64,000 bases of DNA from an uncultured Flavobacteriales bacterium (GCA_963974475.1 CAXBCR010000014.1:3176-67175); one strand, 5' to 3'; shown: positions 9,471 through 19,129, numbered from the stretch's first letter. Notes: a model not told the origin generated them from the sequence alone. A program made the numbers and translations.

Positions 9471-10610
9471 ATGAAATACTTTTTAATTGCAGGCGAAGCC
9501 TCCGGAGATTTACATGGAGGAAATTTAATTAAAGCATTAAAAAAAGAGGATCCCGAAGCCGAATTTGTAGCTTGGGGTGGTGAATTGATGGAACAGGCCG
9601 GAGCCACCATTTTAAAGCACTACAAAGAACTAGCGTTCATGGGCTTTTTGGTGGTTATTCAAAATCTCAGAACCATTTTAGGGAACGAAAAACGTTGCAA
9701 ATCTCAAATTATGGATTTCAACCCTGATGCAATTATTTTTATAGATTATCCAGGGTTTAACTTACGTATTGCAAAATGGGCAAAAGCGCAAAATTTCAAA
9801 ACACTTTATTACATTTCGCCCAAGGTATGGGCATGGAAACAAAGTAGAGCGTGGAAAATTAAAAAAACCATCGACAAGATGTTTGTTATTTTCCCCTTTG
9901 AAGTACCGTTTTATAAAAACTACGACTATGACGTGGATTTTATAGGACACCCATTAATGGATGCCATTGAACAATTTCAAAGTAAGGGACAAACATTTGA
10001 GACTTTCACCCAAGAAAATAATCTTACCCAACAACCCATTATTGCGATGCTACCCGGAAGCAGAAACGATGAAATAAGTCACATGTTACCCATCATGCTG
10101 GAAACAGCAACGCAATTTCCAGATTACCAATTTGTAATTGCGGGAGCCCCCTCTCAAGAAGTATCGTTTTATCAAGAGGTGGCTAAAACTAAGAACTTAA
10201 AAATCGTTTTTGGAAAAACATACGAATTACTTAACCATAGTACAGCAGGGCTAATCACCTCAGGAACTGCCACTTTAGAGGCAGCTTTATTTGGAGTACC
10301 TCAGGTAGTTTGCTACAAAGGAAACGCCATTTCTTATGTGGTAGCCAAACAGTTAATCAAGGTTAAATATATTTCGCTAGTCAACTTGGTTTTGGATGCT
10401 GAGGTGGTTCAAGAATTGATCCAAGGTGATTTAACGACCGAAAAAATTTCTGCCGAATTGAAACTAATTTTGCACAACCCTGCTCATTTAAACAAGATGC
10501 AAAATGATTACGAAGCTTTGCGTAGGGCCTTAGGTCACGCGGGAGCTTCGGAAAGAACTGCAAAATTGATGTTAAACTACTTGAATCAAGCATCTGAAAC
10601 AGTCAAATGA
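9471..10610 (+). CDS. lpxB: Lipid-A-disaccharide synthase
   Basis: 379 aa. It has the N-terminal IAGEASGDLHG signature and LpxB-like length and layout. Confidence 0.95.
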   Translation: MKYFLIAGEASGDLHGGNLIKALKKEDPEAEFVAWGGELMEQAGATILKHYKELAFMGFLVVIQNLRTILGNEKRCKSQIMDFNPDAIIFIDYPGFNLRIAKWAKAQNFKTLYYISPKVWAWKQSRAWKIKKTIDKMFVIFPFEVPFYKNYDYDVDFIGHPLMDAIEQFQSKGQTFETFTQENNLTQQPIIAMLPGSRNDEISHMLPIMLETATQFPDYQFVIAGAPSQEVSFYQEVAKTKNLKIVFGKTYELLNHSTAGLITSGTATLEAALFGVPQVVCYKGNAISYVVAKQLIKVKYISLVNLVLDAEVVQELIQGDLTTEKISAELKLILHNPAHLNKMQNDYEALRRALGHAGASERTAKLMLNYLNQASETVK

Positions 10611-10645
10611 TTATTTTTGGCGCCAATATTGGATTACCAATTCAC

Positions 10646-11812
10646 ATGAGTAAACGCCTCTTATTTTTCATTTTGATTTTATGGACCTCTGTGGGAGTTT
10701 CCCAACAGCGTGAACGATTAGTTTTAGGTTTATTTTGGAACGAACGTCCACAAACTATCATCGTTTCGGTACGAGGTGGCGAATACGTGCTCATTGCAGA
10801 TGGTAACTTAGAAATTCCGCTAGGTACGAGTGACATGTTTCACATTAGTACCGATGGAAATAAGGTAAAAGTTAAAAACCTAAGTAAAACATTTGGCTCC
10901 TTTACCAAGATTGAAATCAAAGAAATAAACGATACATCTAGTATCAATATTAAATCTACCAAGCCCAAATTAGCCAATCGAGTTTATGAAGATGATTTTA
11001 GAATTTACGCCAGTGAAGGACGTCTAAAAATTTTAAATGATGCTGAACTAGCCAATTATGTAGCAGGCGTGGTACAATGGGAATCCGGTAATGGAAACGC
11101 TCCCGAATATTACCAAGCGCAAGCTATTATCACGCGTACCTATGCCCTACGAAATATCAACAAATACGAAAGCCAAGGGTTTAATTTATGCGACCGGGTA
11201 GATTCGCAAGTATACAAAGGTAGAACGCAAAACAAAGATATTTTACGTGCAGTTAAAGCCACAAAAGACCTGGTTTTGGTAGATGATAACATGAATTTGA
11301 TTTCGGCTGTTTTTCATTCTAATTCTGGAGGTCAAACGCACAATTCAGAAGAGGTTTGGAGTAAACCTGTACCCTACCTTAGAGCAGTAGTAGATACCTT
11401 TAGCATTGGTCAACCCCATTATGAATGGGAAAAAACAATGACCACTGAAAAATGGTTATCCACTTTAAAAAAAGTGTACCATGTAGATGTTTCAAATAAA
11501 AAGACAAGACATCAATTAGTCCATTATTGTCCAAAAAAACGGAGAGACTACATGCTGCCCAATGGCCAATTAAAAACCACTCAAGTCCGTTCTACCTTTG
11601 GATTACGCTCCACTAATTTTTGCGTAAAAGAAAAAGGAGATTACGTAATTATTACAGGAGTTGGATTTGGTCACGGTGTTGGTTTTTCGCAAGAAGGAGC
11701 AATGAAAATGGCTAATTACGGCTATTCTCACACCGAAATTTTACTCTTTTACTATACCGGAGTACATTTGGTAAATGTACACACCATGGATTTATTAGAA
11801 GGTGGGGAATAG
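10646..11812 (+). CDS. SpoIID/LytB domain protein
   Basis: 388 aa from ATG 10646, which gives the signal peptide MSKRLLFFILILWTSVGVS. SpoIID-type motifs are AQAIITRTYA and VFHSNSGGQT. Confidence 0.85.
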   Translation: MSKRLLFFILILWTSVGVSQQRERLVLGLFWNERPQTIIVSVRGGEYVLIADGNLEIPLGTSDMFHISTDGNKVKVKNLSKTFGSFTKIEIKEINDTSSINIKSTKPKLANRVYEDDFRIYASEGRLKILNDAELANYVAGVVQWESGNGNAPEYYQAQAIITRTYALRNINKYESQGFNLCDRVDSQVYKGRTQNKDILRAVKATKDLVLVDDNMNLISAVFHSNSGGQTHNSEEVWSKPVPYLRAVVDTFSIGQPHYEWEKTMTTEKWLSTLKKVYHVDVSNKKTRHQLVHYCPKKRRDYMLPNGQLKTTQVRSTFGLRSTNFCVKEKGDYVIITGVGFGHGVGFSQEGAMKMANYGYSHTEILLFYYTGVHLVNVHTMDLLEGGE

Positions 11813-11878
11813 ATTTTTGCCAGATACCCTTGGCACGTAAACCTACCTCCATTTAAATCTCAACCCCATTTATTTTAT

Positions 11879-14038
11879 TTGGTTATCTTTAGGCTTGTGA
11901 AATGGCTCAACCACATCCCTTTATTCCGCCTCATTGTTCCCTTTTCTTTGGGTATAATGTGGTCTTTCTACCATCCCATGCCAGTTGGCTTAGTTGCGAT
12001 TTCATTCACGTTTTTTTTATTGATTAGTACCCTATTCATTTTACGACTAAGATTTATTCATTCCCAGTATTTTAATCGTTGGATTTTTGGTGTTTTCATC
12101 ACCCTTTTCTTTTTTATCATTGGAAATACCTTATCCAATTCTCGTATCGAAATTTTTAGCCCAAGTCACTTTTCCAAGTCCATCCATCTGGATAAGAAAC
12201 CACAAGCCTACCTTGCTATCATTGCGTCCGAACCAGAAATAAAACCAAATTCTCTTAAGGCGGTTGTAGAAATTACACAAATAAAAATAGACGATAAATG
12301 GCAAAGCTCAACTGGTAAATGCTTGGTTTATTTAAAAAATAATGAAGGTATTTCTTTAAAATATGGCGATGAAATTAATTTCCTAAAAACTCCTACTTCT
12401 ATTGACCCTCCAGCAAATTTTGATGAGTTTGATTACAAAAATTACCTAGCCCATCATTACATTTACCATCGGTTATATTTAGCCGCACCCGACTTTAAAA
12501 TTATTGGTTTTCATCCGCTTTGGTACGTGAAAGAAAAAGCGATTACTTGGAGAAACTACCTTCTAGCCCGCTACCAAAAATATGGCATTGAGGGAGCTGA
12601 ATTAGCCATTCTTTCTGCGCTCTCCCTAGGAAAAAAAGAATCGTTAACCCCTGATTTAAAATCGGCTTATTCAAGTGCAGGTGCCATGCATGTACTAGCC
12701 GTTTCAGGGCTTCACGTAGGTATCATCTTTTTTGTTTTACAGTTCATTCTGGGCTGGATGGACAAAATAAAAAATGGCAAGGTGTTGAAAGCTATTGTGA
12801 TGATTATCGCAATTTGGCTTTACGCCTTTCTTACCGGATTAAGTCCATCGGTAATTAGAGCTGCCACCATGTTTACCTTCATGATAGTAGCCCTATCTTT
12901 TCAGCGAACCAGTAATATTTACAACACCTTAGCATTGTCGGCATTTGCCATTTTATTATACGAGCCATTTATGTTGCTCGAAGTCGGTTTCCAACTTTCT
13001 TACCTTGCCGTGATTGGTATCATTTTCCTGCATCCTTACCTCTATGAGCTTGTAGAAATACCGCCAGGTTTACTGGATAAAGCATGGAATATTACCTGTG
13101 TTTCCTTAGCGGCTCAACTAGTTACAGCACCTTTAGGGATTTTGTATTTCCATCAATTCCCAACCTATTTTCTGTTTTCAAACCTCATCGTCATTCCAGC
13201 CGCATTCCTTATTATTTTCATGGCTATTGCTTTTCAAATCTTGTCTGTTCTGCCCTACGTGGGTTTCATTATTGCTTTCTTACTAAAATGGGTGATTTGG
13301 GCACTAAACTGGCTCGTGCAAGGAATGCAGCAACTACCTCATTCACTTATTTCTGGTTTAGACATTACGGTGATTGAAACCTGGTTTATGTATCTTATTA
13401 TCGTGTTTACCACGATTTGGCTCACCCAATACAATCGAAAATTCATGATATACTCTCTCGGGGTTATATTGCTATTAGCCGCCTCTCAAACCATTGAGAA
13501 ATATAATCAATTAAATCAACGAGAAATTACGTTTTATCACACAGGTAAGGAAACATATTTGGAATTTGTTAAAGGCACTTCTTCTTCCATAATTGCAAAT
13601 CCCTCGCTAATTTCTAATACCGATAAAATGCAGTTTTACGTATATCATCATCGTTGGAAAAGAGGGTTGCCCTCTGAACATCTTGGGTTAGATACTTTAA
13701 ATACGGATGGTCTAAATTTATACGTTCTTGGAAACACCTCTATTTTAGAAGTGGATAATCAGCACCTTTTTTCTTTACCACAAGTTGAAAATTTGTCGCC
13801 CGACATATTATATTTCAATACCTATAAGCATAATTACATCAGCCAATTGGCCACCCTAAATTATGCACCAAAAATTATTATTGGCGTGGCATGTTCTAAA
13901 AAAACAAGTGAAAAGTTAACTCAGCTTTGCCTAATGAAAAATTGGGAGTACTACTCCATTAGACAAGATGGAGCGGTAAAAATAGCGCTGAACGAATATC
14001 TAAAACCATTAAGTTTTACGCCCCAAAAACATCACTAA
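11879..14038 (+). CDS. comEC: ComEC/Rec2 family DNA internalisation channel protein
   Basis: 719 aa and polytopic. The competence-domain motif is AGAMHVLAVSGLHVGIIF. The C-terminal ~180 aa lack an HxHxDH metal motif. The ORF-track start is TTG, so the start is uncertain. Confidence 0.85.
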   Translation: MVIFRLVKWLNHIPLFRLIVPFSLGIMWSFYHPMPVGLVAISFTFFLLISTLFILRLRFIHSQYFNRWIFGVFITLFFFIIGNTLSNSRIEIFSPSHFSKSIHLDKKPQAYLAIIASEPEIKPNSLKAVVEITQIKIDDKWQSSTGKCLVYLKNNEGISLKYGDEINFLKTPTSIDPPANFDEFDYKNYLAHHYIYHRLYLAAPDFKIIGFHPLWYVKEKAITWRNYLLARYQKYGIEGAELAILSALSLGKKESLTPDLKSAYSSAGAMHVLAVSGLHVGIIFFVLQFILGWMDKIKNGKVLKAIVMIIAIWLYAFLTGLSPSVIRAATMFTFMIVALSFQRTSNIYNTLALSAFAILLYEPFMLLEVGFQLSYLAVIGIIFLHPYLYELVEIPPGLLDKAWNITCVSLAAQLVTAPLGILYFHQFPTYFLFSNLIVIPAAFLIIFMAIAFQILSVLPYVGFIIAFLLKWVIWALNWLVQGMQQLPHSLISGLDITVIETWFMYLIIVFTTIWLTQYNRKFMIYSLGVILLLAASQTIEKYNQLNQREITFYHTGKETYLEFVKGTSSSIIANPSLISNTDKMQFYVYHHRWKRGLPSEHLGLDTLNTDGLNLYVLGNTSILEVDNQHLFSLPQVENLSPDILYFNTYKHNYISQLATLNYAPKIIIGVACSKKTSEKLTQLCLMKNWEYYSIRQDGAVKIALNEYLKPLSFTPQKHH

Positions 14039-14879
14039 ACGAATAGGTTTCGTTTAACCGAACACCTCTGTCTGTGTTTTGTACCGTACACAATTCATTT
14101 TGGTGATCATGCTCAAAAAAGATGTAGTAATCATTATCTGCTGCCGATTTCAAAAACTTTTCTTTTTCATCCATTGTAAGTAACGGACGGGTATCATACC
14201 CCATCACGTAAGGAAGAGGAATATGACCTGTAGAAGGAAGTAAATCTGCTGCAAATACAATGGTTTTACCTTTGTATTGAATATGAGGAATCATTTGCGC
14301 ATCTGTATGCCCATCCGCAAAAAGAATATCAAAACCCATTTCGGAACTGCTACCAAAACCCGATTCAAATCGATCTATAAATTGAAGTTGTCCACTTTCT
14401 TGAATCGGCAAAATATTTTCAGCCAAAAAGGAAGCTTTTTCTCTTGGATTAGGCTCTGTAGCCCACTGCCAATGGCGTTTATTGCTCCAAAACTTAGCAT
14501 TTTTAAATGCGGGCTCTAATAATGTGCGATCCTTATTCCAAACGATACTTCCACCACAGTGATCAAAGTGGAGATGCGTTAAAAACACATCCGTAATGTC
14601 ATCTCGATGAAATCCATTTTTAGCTAAATTTCCATCCAATGAATCTTCTCCATTTAAATAGAAATGGCCAAAAAATTTATCATCCTGCTTATCCCCAATT
14701 CCATTATCAATTAAAATTAATCGATTGCCATCTTCAATCAACATAGAACGCATGGCCCAGTTGCACATGTTTTTTTCATCTGCTGGATTGGTACGCTGCC
14801 ACAAGGCTTTTGGTACTACCCCAAACATAGCACCACCATCCAATTTAAAGTTTCCGGTATTGATAGGATAAATTTTCAT
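14016..14879 (-). CDS. MBL-fold metallo-hydrolase
   Basis: 287 aa with the metallo-beta-lactamase motif THLHFDHCGG. Its 3' end overlaps the comEC 3' end by 23 nt (convergent). Confidence 0.85.
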   Translation of the reverse strand: MKIYPINTGNFKLDGGAMFGVVPKALWQRTNPADEKNMCNWAMRSMLIEDGNRLILIDNGIGDKQDDKFFGHFYLNGEDSLDGNLAKNGFHRDDITDVFLTHLHFDHCGGSIVWNKDRTLLEPAFKNAKFWSNKRHWQWATEPNPREKASFLAENILPIQESGQLQFIDRFESGFGSSSEMGFDILFADGHTDAQMIPHIQYKGKTIVFAADLLPSTGHIPLPYVMGYDTRPLLTMDEKEKFLKSAADNDYYIFFEHDHQNELCTVQNTDRGVRLNETYSFSDVFGA

Positions 14880-14903
14880 CGTTCGTTTATTGTTTGTAAA
14901 TCT

Positions 14904-15449
14904 TTAGTTTAAACGGAATTCACCTTTTTTCATTAAGTGATATACCTTTCCCAAATAGCCTAAAAACTCTGTAAAAGTTTTAACCGCTTCAATGGTTTCT
15001 GGAAAAATCTCCTTCTTTTTCATTTTCAAGGTCATTATTCCATACACGCCATTCAAAGCTAGTTCAATTGGATTCAATGTTGACCCAGATGATTTCTGTG
15101 AAATCTCTACCAAATTTGCATTGGCGGCATCATATCTTTTTTTGTATTTCACATTCGTAGAATCTGAAATAAGTTGACTATGCAAATAGGATAATTCACC
15201 TATAATTTCAATGATTTCACTAAGATGTCCTCGGTCTTCAATATTGTCATGCTCCATTTTAGAAACAATATCTTTATACCAATCCATCAAATCTTTTTTG
15301 GCTTCCTCTTCCAATCCGGAAGTGTCAATTATAGCAGATTTAATTAAATCTAAGTTTAATTGACACGAACGAATCACATCTTCGGTATGGAACATTAATA
15401 GCACATACTCAATGATGTTTTCGGCTCTCTTTTTGTCGGCTTCTAACAT
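14904..15449 (-). CDS. DUF4924-like conserved protein
   Basis: 181 aa, soluble. The N-terminus KKRAENIIEYVLLMFHTEDVIRSC resembles DUF4924 proteins of Bacteroidota as I remember them. It starts 2 nt after the OmpH stop. Confidence 0.5.
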   Translation of the reverse strand: MLEADKKRAENIIEYVLLMFHTEDVIRSCQLNLDLIKSAIIDTSGLEEEAKKDLMDWYKDIVSKMEHDNIEDRGHLSEIIEIIGELSYLHSQLISDSTNVKYKKRYDAANANLVEISQKSSGSTLNPIELALNGVYGIMTLKMKKKEIFPETIEAVKTFTEFLGYLGKVYHLMKKGEFRLN

Positions 15450-15451
15450 TC

Positions 15452-16081
15452 TTATTTCTCCTCAGTTACTTGGTCGGCTGTGTTTTCTGCATATTCCTGA
15501 TTCAACCCACTCAACACTTCATTGGTTATATCTAAGCTTTTATCCGCCCAACGAATAATTCCTAAATCAGAATTACTCAACACCATTTCATACGGTTTAT
15601 CCGCACAATAACGTCCTAAATACTCATTAATAGCATTATGAATATCACGGTTAAAACCTTGTTCCATTTCCATTAACTTTCTCGAGTATTCTTCTTGCGT
15701 TTGTTGCAATTGGTCTTGCGCCTCATATAATTTACGCTGGCGATTTTGTCCTTCAAATTGGGATAAAGAAGCCGCTTCACTTTGCAATTTTGCCGCATCT
15801 GCTCTTAACTTAGATTCCTTTTGTCTTAAAATCCCTTCATATTTTAAGGTGGCAGTAGTCAATTGATCTCGCAATACCTCTGCGTAGGCGTATTGGCTCA
15901 TCAACGTATCTGAATTTACCATTACCACGGTCATCATTTTTTTGGCGGCTGCTGGTGCCTCCACAGGTTTGGTTTTTATTTGCTCTTGACTTCCTTCTGT
16001 GGATTCTGGATTACTTTGATTACATGAACCAAATACTAATCCTATCATTGCTACGGCTGCTGCTATTTTAAGTCTATTCAT
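15452..16081 (-). CDS. OmpH/Skp-family periplasmic chaperone, lipoprotein
   Basis: 209 aa. It has a lipoprotein signal ending LVFGSC and a long Q/E/K/R-rich coiled-coil typical of OmpH (Skp). Confidence 0.8.
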   Translation of the reverse strand: MNRLKIAAAVAMIGLVFGSCNQSNPESTEGSQEQIKTKPVEAPAAAKKMMTVVMVNSDTLMSQYAYAEVLRDQLTTATLKYEGILRQKESKLRADAAKLQSEAASLSQFEGQNRQRKLYEAQDQLQQTQEEYSRKLMEMEQGFNRDIHNAINEYLGRYCADKPYEMVLSNSDLGIIRWADKSLDITNEVLSGLNQEYAENTADQVTEEK

Positions 16082-16128
16082 TTCCTATTTATTAAAAGCT
16101 CCAAAAAGTGCTGTTTTTACATTTTCCA

Positions 16129-16136
16129 CAAATGTA
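16129..16136 (-). promoter_or_regulatory. Candidate -7 box TACATTTG upstream of the OmpH-DUF4924-MBL unit
   Basis: CAAATGTA on the plus strand gives TACATTTG on the coding strand, 48 nt upstream of the OmpH ATG. Confidence 0.4.
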
Positions 16137-16146
16137 ATTTATACCA

Positions 16147-16178
16147 ACAAAAAAGCCCGCAAATTACATGCGAGCTTT
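16147..16178 (-). terminator. Rho-independent terminator of the hypothetical gene 16229-16816
   Basis: The minus-strand RNA is AGCUCGCA-loop-UGCGGGCU followed by UUUUUU. The single plus-strand C:A mismatch becomes G:U on the minus-strand RNA. Confidence 0.7.
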
Positions 16179-16228
16179 TCCAATTTTATCACTTTTTAAA
16201 GGTCTCCATTTTGGAGTCTTGTGCTGGT

Positions 16229-16816
16229 TTAATTTCTTTTTATATAATACGATTTTTCAAAAATCTGTTTAATCATTTTAAAGAACAATGGTTGGTTTTC
16301 ACGACTCGAATGATCATCAGTTGGGTATCCCCATCCTATAATCTGAGTGTTTTTCCCATGTCCAGATACGACTCTTAGTTTAATCAAATGATGAGTAATG
16401 GAGTCAATCAAGACATAACTTTCCGTTTCTTGATGACAGCGTTGTCCCGATTTAAATTCTTTAATCGCATCCGTAACACGGTAACCGTTATTTATATATT
16501 TCTCCTTAATGAAATCAAAAAGAAAATAAAAATCATCCGAATCCCACGACTTGGGTTTATCAAACGTAAACGTATTAGACTTGTAATCAAATTTAATATG
16601 CTGTTCTTGATCTTCGGAATACTCCATTTCTCTAATCTCGTTCAGTATTTCATCCATTCTACCCCCATATAACCATTGGGCGTATTTGGTCTGTTCTGAA
16701 GCGGTTCTCTCTAGTGGTAATCTCAAAATGGATTCCATTTCTTCGGTTACGGATTCACTCCCTAACCTTCGAAAAAATACCGAAGAGAATATTTGGTCTA
16801 ACTTATCTGTAATCAT
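16229..16816 (-). CDS. Hypothetical soluble protein, no family recognised
   Basis: 195-aa ORF flanked by its own terminator. There is no TM segment, signal peptide or motif I can place. Confidence 0.55.
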   Translation of the reverse strand: MITDKLDQIFSSVFFRRLGSESVTEEMESILRLPLERTASEQTKYAQWLYGGRMDEILNEIREMEYSEDQEQHIKFDYKSNTFTFDKPKSWDSDDFYFLFDFIKEKYINNGYRVTDAIKEFKSGQRCHQETESYVLIDSITHHLIKLRVVSGHGKNTQIIGWGYPTDDHSSRENQPLFFKMIKQIFEKSYYIKRN

Positions 16817-16924
16817 TGTAGGTGATTTGAAACCAAAGGAACACTATACTTTCCAATCACGAAAATCAATCCTTTTAAGAATAAAGGCATTGGGTCATAC
16901 CGTTTTACTATTTATTCAAACCCA

Positions 16925-16962
16925 TAAAAAAAGGGCTTTAATTTTTCAATCAAAGCCCTTTT
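16925..16962 (-). terminator. Rho-independent terminator after the sigma / PKD-T9SS gene pair
   Basis: Perfect 10-bp stem AAAGGGCTTT (16930-16939) pairs with AAAGCCCTTT (16952-16961). An A run on the plus strand gives a U run on the minus-strand RNA. Confidence 0.75.
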
Positions 16963-16996
16963 CCTTACTCCCAAAAGAGTATAAATGCTATTTTTA

Positions 16997-18268
16997 TTAA
17001 TAGTATAGCATGACTACACCAGAATAAACTTGACTCAATCCATTCGGATCAACCGTAAATGCTTTCCAAACAAATGCATCACCTGATGGGGCTAAAGTAC
17101 CATTCACCTTTCCTTCAAATTGAACCTCATCATTAGAGGTTTCAAAAACAAGATTCCCTGTCCGGTCGAATACCTTCAACTCAAAAGCAAAATAGTTTTT
17201 AGTAAGAGCAATCGGAATCCAAGTATCATTTTCACCATCTCCATTTGGACTAAAAGCATTAGGAGCAAGCAAATCAAAATCCTGGTCAATTATCACACGG
17301 TTATGGCTATCCCAAGTACACCCGTATTTATTAACTACCTGTAACGAAACAGGGTATTCCCGTTTTTTAAGATAGGTATGTGTTCCTAATTCGGATTTTC
17401 CAATGGTGCCATCACCATAACTCCAAGAATAACTCTTTTCACCCGTTGAGTTGGGCATAAATTTAACAACTGGAATCATGCCATTTTCAATTACATCTTT
17501 CGTTGTAAATGAAGCATCCGGTTTAGGATTTACAATTAATTCTTTCGTTTCAGAATAAACTTTAAACTCCGGAAAATAAGCCCGTATCTCATACAATCCC
17601 GATTGCAAAAAGACGTGAATTAACTCATCTCCGTTTTTGGATTCTTCCTGATTAATTTCCCAAATCACCTCCGTAGGTATATGATTTGAAAGATGCGCAG
17701 AAAATTCAACTCCAGCACAAATACGATCGGTACTACAGTTAACCTCAGGAGCAACAAATCCTGCTGGGTCAACTTTAGATTTCGTTACGGACTTTACACT
17801 CTTATTATCCGTTTTGGCAACCAAAGCCCTATTTACATTGTCAGGATTTTTGTCTGATTTGCTATCCTCAATAGCGTTATCTACTTCATTCGCTTCTTGT
17901 GTCGTGATTTCCTCAACCACCTTAGGCGCAGTATTTACCGTAGCTTCAATCTCTTTATCTTTTGATTCGTTTTGCTGAGTAGTTTTTTCAAATCCAATGG
18001 CATTATTCGATTCCTTGGCCAGAATTTCGGTATTGGTATCAGGTATTACTTCCGATTTGGCACCCTCCCCATCTGTAGAATAATAAATGGCAACACTTAT
18101 TAATGCCACAGCAGCGGCAATGCTCCATTTAGCAAACGAACCAAAAATTGGCGATTGACCATCCAGCTTTGCCTCCAACTTATCCCATTGTGTGGAGTCA
18201 TAAGGAACCTGATGGCTTTCTGCGGCCTTTTTCAGTTGTTCCTCAAATGGATTTAATTTATTTGACAT
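16997..18268 (-). CDS. Single-pass membrane protein with PKD/Ig-like modules and a T9SS type-B C-terminal sorting domain (anti-sigma-like position)
   Basis: 423 aa from ATG 18268 (TTG at 18283 in the ORF track). It has ~45 N-terminal residues, the TM helix WSIAAAVALISVAIYY and a low-complexity acidic linker. The PKD motif is YSWSYGDGTIG...HTY...YPVSLQVVNKYGC. The C-terminus LLAPNAFSPNGDGENDTW...FELKVFDRTGNLVFE matches the gliding-motility-associated C-terminal domain. Confidence 0.8.
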   Translation of the reverse strand: MSNKLNPFEEQLKKAAESHQVPYDSTQWDKLEAKLDGQSPIFGSFAKWSIAAAVALISVAIYYSTDGEGAKSEVIPDTNTEILAKESNNAIGFEKTTQQNESKDKEIEATVNTAPKVVEEITTQEANEVDNAIEDSKSDKNPDNVNRALVAKTDNKSVKSVTKSKVDPAGFVAPEVNCSTDRICAGVEFSAHLSNHIPTEVIWEINQEESKNGDELIHVFLQSGLYEIRAYFPEFKVYSETKELIVNPKPDASFTTKDVIENGMIPVVKFMPNSTGEKSYSWSYGDGTIGKSELGTHTYLKKREYPVSLQVVNKYGCTWDSHNRVIIDQDFDLLAPNAFSPNGDGENDTWIPIALTKNYFAFELKVFDRTGNLVFETSNDEVQFEGKVNGTLAPSGDAFVWKAFTVDPNGLSQVYSGVVMLYY

Positions 18269-18269
18269 A

Positions 18270-18833
18270 TTAATCTTCTTCAAGTTTAACTAAATTCCTT
18301 AAAAGGTTTCTTTTGGCTTTTGACAAATTTGACTTTGAAGTTCCTTCGCTAATTCCAAGAATTTCAGCAATTTCCGCATGCGTATAATCTTCTATCACAT
18401 ACATATTAAATACCAATCGGTAGGCAGGTGAAAGATTTTCAATTTCTTTCATTACCCGTTCCGTTTCATTAATCAGCGTTTTATTCCACGCTTTTTCATG
18501 ATTTTCTTGCTCCTCCAACCAATCATAATCTGCAGCATCAATAGATACAAAAATCTTTTTTTGTTTACGAATATGATCAATGGCGGTATTCGACATAATT
18601 CGTCTCATCCAACCTTCAAAAGAACCTTCTCCAATATATTTTCCAATATTGGCAAAAACCTTTATGAAACCCATTTGCACGATATCTTGCGACTCGTCCC
18701 TATCAGGAATGTACCTTCTGCATACACTACTCATCTTCCCGAAAAAAAGTTCGAAAATTTGGTTCTGTGCCCTGCGATCACCCTTTTTACATCGGGTAAT
18801 GATCTCATGTAATTCCTGAGATTTGTTTTTCAT
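18270..18833 (-). CDS. RNA polymerase ECF-type sigma-70 factor
   Basis: 187 aa. It has a region 2 segment (DIVQMGFIKVFANI, WMRRIMSNTAIDHIR) and a region 4 HTH (YTHAEIAEILGISEGTSKSNLSKAKRNL). Confidence 0.9.
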   Translation of the reverse strand: MKNKSQELHEIITRCKKGDRRAQNQIFELFFGKMSSVCRRYIPDRDESQDIVQMGFIKVFANIGKYIGEGSFEGWMRRIMSNTAIDHIRKQKKIFVSIDAADYDWLEEQENHEKAWNKTLINETERVMKEIENLSPAYRLVFNMYVIEDYTHAEIAEILGISEGTSKSNLSKAKRNLLRNLVKLEED

Positions 18834-19129
18834 TAACGTCTTACTGCTATATTAAACGGAAGTCTACAAAATGGTTGCTTTCATTTTTTGCGAACAAACA
18901 TCTTTTTTTTCACAACTCTATACCCTTGTCGGATAATTTATTCAATACTTTTCCTTTATAAGTACATGAATCGTTAGATTTTTATGGGCTTTAACGACTT
19001 ATTTTCATACCGACTCACCCCTTTACCATAATTCCGCTTCTCTAATCATGTCATTTTTTTGTTTAAAATTCTTCAAAAAAACGAATGTTTTACTGCTATT
19101 AGAACTCTCGAAATTCCTAATGAAATCCG

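Noticed and set aside
18841-19099. Repeated 10-mer TTACTGCTAT at 18841-18850 and 19090-19099 in the sigma/purB divergent region
   Set aside because: A single 10-nt AT-rich match within 324 nt is plausibly chance. It has no palindromic or phased structure and no third copy.
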